Shown here: positions 44,579 through 49,369 of the stretch, piece by piece
Position numbering within the stretch: position 1 is the first letter of the stretch
Layout of the letters: each line of letters starts with the position of its first letter
Source of the DNA: a virus
Lineage: Duplodnaviria > Caudoviricetes
Virus record (IMG/VR): IMGVR_UViG_3300037424_000186
Location: 1 to 49,369 of that record
Length of the DNA stretch: 49,369 nucleotides
Reading direction: 5' to 3' (one strand)
Program-made: the position numbers and the translations under genes
Notes under the pieces: generated by a model
The model's database searches: none
Told to the model about the DNA's origin: nothing
What the model saw: the letters and a program-made list of their open reading frames with translations, nothing else

Positions 44579-44749
44579 TCAGGATGCCTTTGTTAGGATG
44601 AGAAGAAGCCCGATCGGTTGACCGGTAGTGTCGCCGGGAGGTGCTGGGGGTGCCGGACTCCCAAGGAGTCCGCGAGTGGTTGCGCTGATGTACGGGCCAG
44701 GCAGGTCTCGCCCGCCGACCGACCTCCCGCCCAGTTCTCTGAATTTCAT
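44579..44749 (-). CDS. 56-aa protein ending GQPIGLLLILTKAS
   Basis: Translated by hand; C-terminal motif seen on phage virion proteins. Confidence 0.5.
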   Translation of the reverse strand: MKFRELGGRSVGGRDLPGPYISATTRGLLGSPAPPAPPGDTTGQPIGLLLILTKAS

Positions 44750-44764
44750 GTTGCGTCTTTCACG

Positions 44765-44793
44765 AAAAAGCCCAGCCTGTTTCCAAGCCGGGC
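44765..44793 (-). terminator. Probable terminator
   Basis: AAAAA GCCCAGC...GCCGGGC. Confidence 0.45.
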
Positions 44794-44880
44794 AAGTCTT
44801 AGGGGGCGACAGGGGCCAAGTGCGGCCCGAACTACCGCCGGTTAGGAAGGCCCGGCGGATTGGTGACGGCTCGCGCCGAA

Positions 44881-45114
44881 TTACTTTTTCGTATTACATG
44901 GATCAGGCTTGCCTACGCTGTGAGCCTCGATCCTGGCCCGTGGGTGGTCATACCTGCAGAGTACCTTCCATCGCTTCGCTTGCTGGCGATCGAGATACTT
45001 CTGCGAATACGTCCCGAACATCGGTTGTTCATTTGGGCGATAGTCGAAGGCTCGCGCCTGCGTGCAGGTTGCTACCAGAACGCAGGCGAAGGTTGCCGGG
45101 ATAGTCCAGTGCAT
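44881..45114 (-). CDS. Small secreted protein
   Basis: Signal-peptide-like N-terminus ending AxA. Confidence 0.45.
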   Translation of the reverse strand: MHWTIPATFACVLVATCTQARAFDYRPNEQPMFGTYSQKYLDRQQAKRWKVLCRYDHPRARIEAHSVGKPDPCNTKK

Positions 45115-45117
45115 AGG

Positions 45118-45345
45118 TTACGGAGTCGCCGGAGGAACGTTCGCATTGAGCGCCGTATCGATGGCGGTGGCATCCGCGGTCTCGACGGAAAACACTTCAT
45201 CGATAGCCGACTGGATTTCTGGCGTCATCTGGTTTGCCAGCGCGGCTTCAAGTTCCGCCTTCTTCGCATCGAACAGCGCGATCAGCGAGCCGGTGCGGGA
45301 ACTGTTCGACTTGACGACCGCAAGTGCTTCTTGAATGGTAGCCAT
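45118..45345 (-). CDS. Hypothetical protein
   Basis: AAGGAG RBS; Ala-rich helical. Confidence 0.6.
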   Translation of the reverse strand: MATIQEALAVVKSNSSRTGSLIALFDAKKAELEAALANQMTPEIQSAIDEVFSVETADATAIDTALNANVPPATP

Positions 45346-45386
45346 AGTTGATACTCCTTAAATTCCTGGGGACCGCCAGGAGCGGT

Positions 45387-45590
45387 TCACTTATCCTGCT
45401 TGGCGCTGTCAATTTTCGCGTTAGTGCCCTTCAGGATATCCATTAGCTGGTCGAGCGCCCGCTGATCCTTGTCAGACAACCGCGTCGATCGATCCTCAAG
45501 CTTCGCCTGCAGCGCTTCGTTCTGCAGGATGATGTAATATTGCATTTCCAGAAGATCGACCGCCCAAGGCGGTGCTTCTCTCCATGACAT
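45387..45590 (-). CDS. Hypothetical protein
   Basis: GGAG RBS; APPWA motif. Confidence 0.55.
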   Translation of the reverse strand: MSWREAPPWAVDLLEMQYYIILQNEALQAKLEDRSTRLSDKDQRALDQLMDILKGTNAKIDSAKQDK

Positions 45591-45685
45591 GTCCTGTTCT
45601 CCATTTTCAGCAACGAATTGATGACGGTGGAAACTGATCCAGTGTTTCATTTCAGCAGCCTCGGCAAATGCTGGGTGCGGCTATC

Positions 45686-45895
45686 TCATCGGATGGACGG
45701 GACTCGAAACCCGCCACCGCCAAGCACCATCTGCACCAGCCAGAGGATTGCTATGAGAGCGAAAATCACCCAAATAAGTTGAATGACCTTAGCTGGAAGC
45801 GGAACGCCGATTATACCGAGCACCCAAATCACAATATAAAAGACGATGGCGAGGATGCACAGGTAGATCAGGAACGTAATGACGGAGACTAGCAT
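45686..45895 (-). CDS. Two-TM membrane protein (holin-like)
   Basis: 69 aa, almost entirely hydrophobic. Confidence 0.6.
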   Translation of the reverse strand: MLVSVITFLIYLCILAIVFYIVIWVLGIIGVPLPAKVIQLIWVIFALIAILWLVQMVLGGGGFRVPSIR

Positions 45896-45916
45896 TGGCT
45901 ATCCTTTCAGCGTTTC

Positions 45917-46342
45917 CTACTGCGGCTTGAAAATTGCGTACATCACGCCGATGACAGTGCCGATCCCAGCGATAGACATAACGACTTGAACGATGATGTA
46001 AGCCAGTAGGTTCGTCCCGCTCGTCTTCCCGCCGCTTTCCCAGCGAAACTGGTTCAGGCTGCGAAGTTCGACCTGAATATCTCCCTTGATTTCCTGAAGT
46101 TGGTTGGCAAGGAGTTTTGCGGTTGAGTCTATCTTTTCGTTCCGCATCGTCTCCATGATTGAGCCATACCGCGCATCCTGCGCACGCAATTGATCCAGGC
46201 GTCGCGTCTCTGCCTCAGAGAGTTGCTCACGATGCTTGAGATCAGCGTCACGTAGAGCGAGTAGTAGCTTCTCTTGTGCCGCAACCAGATCGAGGACGTT
46301 CTTGGTAGGGTCGATTGGCTCAGCACCCCGCATTTCAGGCAT
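45917..46342 (-). CDS. Coiled-coil protein with C-terminal TM
   Basis: IDPTKNVLDLV; lysis-region position. Confidence 0.6.
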   Translation of the reverse strand: MPEMRGAEPIDPTKNVLDLVAAQEKLLLALRDADLKHREQLSEAETRRLDQLRAQDARYGSIMETMRNEKIDSTAKLLANQLQEIKGDIQVELRSLNQFRWESGGKTSGTNLLAYIIVQVVMSIAGIGTVIGVMYAIFKPQ

Positions 46343-46354
46343 TAGAGCCCCGCG

Positions 46355-46708
46355 TCACCGATGCACGCTGAAATAATGCGCCACACGTGCAACCAAATAT
46401 GAAAACCCATGCGGTGCGTGCCGCATTTTTCCCTTGTTCTTCGGGGGCGCCCGAAGCGCCAACGCCAGCGCATTGATGAAAAGTATGATGGCGCTCGCGC
46501 TTACCAGAAGTAAGCATGTCAACTGCCAGTCTGTTGAATCGATGGAGTAGAGAAGGGCAATGGCGGTGCTTACGAATGCCGCCCGACGTAGCCATTGCAG
46601 CCAAATAGGATCGGTCTTGCTCCAGCGATCGTCCTCCACCTTCTGCATGACATAGACCAGCAGTCCGGCTCCTAGCAGGGCTGCGATCGTGTACGCTGTA
46701 CTAATCAT
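46355..46708 (-). CDS. Three-TM membrane protein
   Basis: 117 aa, hydrophobic. Confidence 0.55.
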   Translation of the reverse strand: MISTAYTIAALLGAGLLVYVMQKVEDDRWSKTDPIWLQWLRRAAFVSTAIALLYSIDSTDWQLTCLLLVSASAIILFINALALALRAPPKNKGKMRHAPHGFSYLVARVAHYFSVHR

Positions 46709-47003
46709 TTTTTAGCCTTTTCAGGATGTCCCACGAACCGGCCGACTCGACTATCCCCTGGCAAATGGCCATTCCTGCTAGACCAACTACAAACGCGGAG
46801 AACCCGTCAGATGTTCCGAGCACGCGACCAACCGTTGCACCAAGATAGTTTGCCGCGAGTCCTCCAACAACGATCGACCCGATGACAGCCCACGGGTTTG
46901 ACTTTTTGAAGATGAAAGCGTTCGCAACACCTCCTGCAAATCCAGCAATCAAATCTTTCAGATGAATTCCGATAATCGAAAAGAAATCATCACTCATGGC
47001 CAT
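46701..47003 (-). CDS. Holin-like protein
   Basis: LIAGFAGGV...G.LAANYL...AFVVGL.GM pattern. Confidence 0.6.
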   Translation of the reverse strand: MAMSDDFFSIIGIHLKDLIAGFAGGVANAFIFKKSNPWAVIGSIVVGGLAANYLGATVGRVLGTSDGFSAFVVGLAGMAICQGIVESAGSWDILKRLKND

Positions 47004-47449
47004 GCTCGCGTGCTGACCATAAGAAGCAGATCACGCACGGTCACACGGCTGAATTTAACGGCCATTTCATTAGGTAGAATTCCGCATTCGGCAAAGGACT
47101 GAGCGCCATGCTCGGCGCAGTACCAGGAATCGAACGACTGCCAGTCACGACTCGGCCAGAAAAAGGCGAGGATCGCCCATGTATCATAGGGCTTTCCGAT
47201 CTGGCTTTCCGCGAACGCGTAGAAAATCTCCTCCTGCTCGGCGGTAGCCCTTACCTCAATGAACATTTCCCTCTTGATAGTTCCAGCGTCGTAATTTGCT
47301 GGCCTGATCTTGACGCCATCGCTCAGCGCCCCGAGATAGGTCCCGTCGGGCATAACGATCTCAACATGAGTCGCCCAAAATCCATATTGGGCAATTGTAC
47401 AGGCCCAATTGAAGATGCCGGGATGGGAGACGAAACGAAGCGTGATCAT
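46994..47449 (-). CDS. Permuted papain-like NlpC/P60 (YiiX/YebB-like) hydrolase
   Basis: THVEI, QIGKPYD and SWYCAE: His before Cys. Confidence 0.7.
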   Translation of the reverse strand: MITLRFVSHPGIFNWACTIAQYGFWATHVEIVMPDGTYLGALSDGVKIRPANYDAGTIKREMFIEVRATAEQEEIFYAFAESQIGKPYDTWAILAFFWPSRDWQSFDSWYCAEHGAQSFAECGILPNEMAVKFSRVTVRDLLLMVSTRAWP

Positions 47450-47581
47450 CCCGCCTCAGTTTCGAAATATTCCGGAAAGGATTTCGTGGTTGTATTTGCA
47501 TCAGCCATTGCAGCCCTTTCAGGAGGGTTGTGGTGGTCAGGGCCAGTAGCTCTGTGCAACCAGGGCTATTGGTCCGCTTGC

Positions 47582-47731
47582 TTACTTCTTCAAAGCGTCA
47601 GCCTTGGCGTGAAGCTTCGCCGATAGCGTGTTTGCGTCCACGACAAGAGCTTCAATCTTGTCCTTGAAAAACCAGATGAACGCGCCGCCAGCGACGAACC
47701 CGATCACTCCAGAAATAATCCATATATCCAT
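47582..47731 (-). CDS. 49-aa TM-anchored peptide
   Basis: MDIWIISGVIGFVAGGAFIWFF..., translated by hand. Confidence 0.55.
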   Translation of the reverse strand: MDIWIISGVIGFVAGGAFIWFFKDKIEALVVDANTLSAKLHAKADALKK

Positions 47732-47735
47732 GATC

Positions 47736-48227
47736 TCACCTTCCTTTCGGTTGAACTGCAAGTGTAGCGGCCATCCGCTGTTGGCCGCGTAGCATCATCC
47801 TGTCACCAAACCAAAAACCCATTATCGCGCCGAAGATGCCGGCCGTCTCATCGCTCCATAGCACCTTGACGAGCTGGCCAAGGTCATAGCCGCTGTTCAC
47901 CGCATAGATGAACATGAAGATTTCTAGAAGTATCCAGAGATGGAAGAAAACCAGAGTAATATAGGGCCGGACAAATATGGCCAGTCCGTCCACAAACCTG
48001 TTGCCAGAAGAGCCGCTAGCAAAATTGTAAATATGGTCTGCCTGTCGGATATCAGCCTGAGCATTTGCAAGATCAACCTGTAGCGCGACGCCTTCCTTCG
48101 CAGCTTCGCGCTGCTCTCGTGCCATTGCGAGTGCGTGGGCATTGGTTTCTTTCAGGCTCAACCATTGCATGAGCGCCGGTACAAGTCCGGTGAGCGCGCC
48201 GAGGATGCCGAGGATGCCGGTAATCAT
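47736..48227 (-). CDS. Holin-like membrane protein (3TM family)
   Basis: VRPYIT...I.GFWFG.R motif. Confidence 0.65.
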   Translation of the reverse strand: MITGILGILGALTGLVPALMQWLSLKETNAHALAMAREQREAAKEGVALQVDLANAQADIRQADHIYNFASGSSGNRFVDGLAIFVRPYITLVFFHLWILLEIFMFIYAVNSGYDLGQLVKVLWSDETAGIFGAIMGFWFGDRMMLRGQQRMAATLAVQPKGR

Positions 48228-48466
48228 GGTGTCTTTTCCGCGATCTTCTGTAGTGCAGTGTCCTTCTGTGCAGAACCGGAAGAGCTTCCGACCCAATAGG
48301 AAACCACCTGACCGAACGCGGCGCCGAGCGCACCGAGCATAACGAGCATAACCTCAGTCGGAGCATTGCCCTGCGTCTTGATGGTGATGATCAAAATCAA
48401 AATCCCAATAAAGCCAGCAGCAACAATCACAGAAACCAGCACTCGCCCCCAGTCGTTCAATGTCAT
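48224..48466 (-). CDS. Holin-like protein
   Basis: Two TM segments; LGAL...F..VVSYW.GSSSGS. Confidence 0.7.
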   Translation of the reverse strand: MTLNDWGRVLVSVIVAAGFIGILILIITIKTQGNAPTEVMLVMLGALGAAFGQVVSYWVGSSSGSAQKDTALQKIAEKTP

Positions 48467-49366
48467 CTAATTCACCTTTGGCTTGAAAAGGTCCACCACC
48501 CGCCCCCAGAACGTCGGCGCGAGATCGGCGCGTGCCTGAGTGCCAGGCGGAGGCAATACAATCTCGGGAGGGACCGGCATCGTCGGCAGCTTCTTGCCGG
48601 TCAAAAGAGCGGCGTCGATTGCGGCAAACGTAGCCGGCCCGACCAGTCCATCAACGACTAGACCGCGATCCAATTGGAAGGCCCGCACCGCGTTGCGCGT
48701 GGCCGCCCCGACAATGCCGTCCACTTCGAGGGGCGGGTTGGCACCAAGCTTATTGAGAGAGGTCTGCAGCCATACGCCGTCCCGGACAAGTTCCACTGGC
48801 GTTTCATCGAACTTGATCGACGGATCAAGCTGCATCATCGCCATGATCAGGCCGGCGCAACCGAGCTGCTTATCGACCGTACCCGGATCAAATACTCCAT
48901 CGGCGACGTATTTTCCTTTGTTATACTGATCTGTCCCGGACCAGATATAGGGCGACGGAAGGCCACGGCTGAGGTAACCCAGCCCATTATACTGCTCCAG
49001 CTTCGCCAGCGTCCCGCCTATGCTCCAATCCTTGTTGCGGGCTGCATAGGGGCCACAGTTCACCAATGCATCGTAGGCGGCTTCCTCCCACGAATTAAAC
49101 GGCCCTCTCCCGGCCGGAACGTGCGTCGAAACATGGTTCCACGGGTCGCCCTGTGCTAGGCTGCGACTCCAGTCCTGCCCCGATTCACGCTGATGTGTCA
49201 CGGCGATGAACGGGTACGGAATTCCGGTCCTTGCCGAAACCGTGAGATAGCTCTGCTTGGCCGCAACCAGCCGCTTGGCAACTGGAGCAAATTCAGGGCC
49301 TCGCATCAGCTTGGCATTTGCCCAGCGTTTTTCATTCGCTGCCTTGAGGGCGACGAGATCGACCAT
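48467..49366 (-). CDS. Endolysin: lysozyme-family domain plus peptidoglycan-binding domain
   Basis: H.RESG, LE.YNGLGY, SPYIWSGTDQY..GKYVADG; PG-binding VDGIVG.AT..AV.AFQ...GL.VDGLVGP.T. Confidence 0.85.
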   Translation of the reverse strand: MVDLVALKAANEKRWANAKLMRGPEFAPVAKRLVAAKQSYLTVSARTGIPYPFIAVTHQRESGQDWSRSLAQGDPWNHVSTHVPAGRGPFNSWEEAAYDALVNCGPYAARNKDWSIGGTLAKLEQYNGLGYLSRGLPSPYIWSGTDQYNKGKYVADGVFDPGTVDKQLGCAGLIMAMMQLDPSIKFDETPVELVRDGVWLQTSLNKLGANPPLEVDGIVGAATRNAVRAFQLDRGLVVDGLVGPATFAAIDAALLTGKKLPTMPVPPEIVLPPPGTQARADLAPTFWGRVVDLFKPKVN

Positions 49367-49369
49367 TCT
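49243..49369. repeat. 127-bp terminal direct repeat, copy 2
   Basis: Identical to 1-127. Confidence 0.95.

Overview
The window is a complete, circularly permuted temperate phage genome of about 49,242 bp; bases 1-127 repeat exactly at 49243-49369, most likely as an assembly overlap. GcrA, GapR and DUF1376 genes point to an alphaproteobacterial host, possibly Bradyrhizobium/Hyphomicrobiales. The minus strand carries a podovirus-type late operon: terS-terL-portal-GroES-scaffold-MCP, P22-like gp4/gp10/gp14 and ejection proteins, two paralogous fibres, lysis genes, and a second virion module with a GH74-like beta-propeller. A Cro/CI switch with five 17-bp operators lies at about 28.2-28.65 kb. 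The plus-strand early arm is a long array of small ORFs with a xis-int-attP module embedded in it. Three signals are not explained by the gene calls. (1) A degenerate 27-bp palindrome (9-bp arms, 9-bp spacer) sits at most gene junctions of the small-ORF array, suggesting cassette-like shuffling or array-wide regulation. (2) Two islands of 1.5-1.7 kb hold every CTCGAG I could find and nearly all GAGCTC, and each contains a T5orf172/MUG113 GIY-YIG nuclease gene. (3) An identical 11-aa C-terminal peptide (VEPRTAAGSLD) is encoded with only synonymous differences on two unrelated ORFs. All family assignments come from motif recognition, not database searches, and all counts are by eye.
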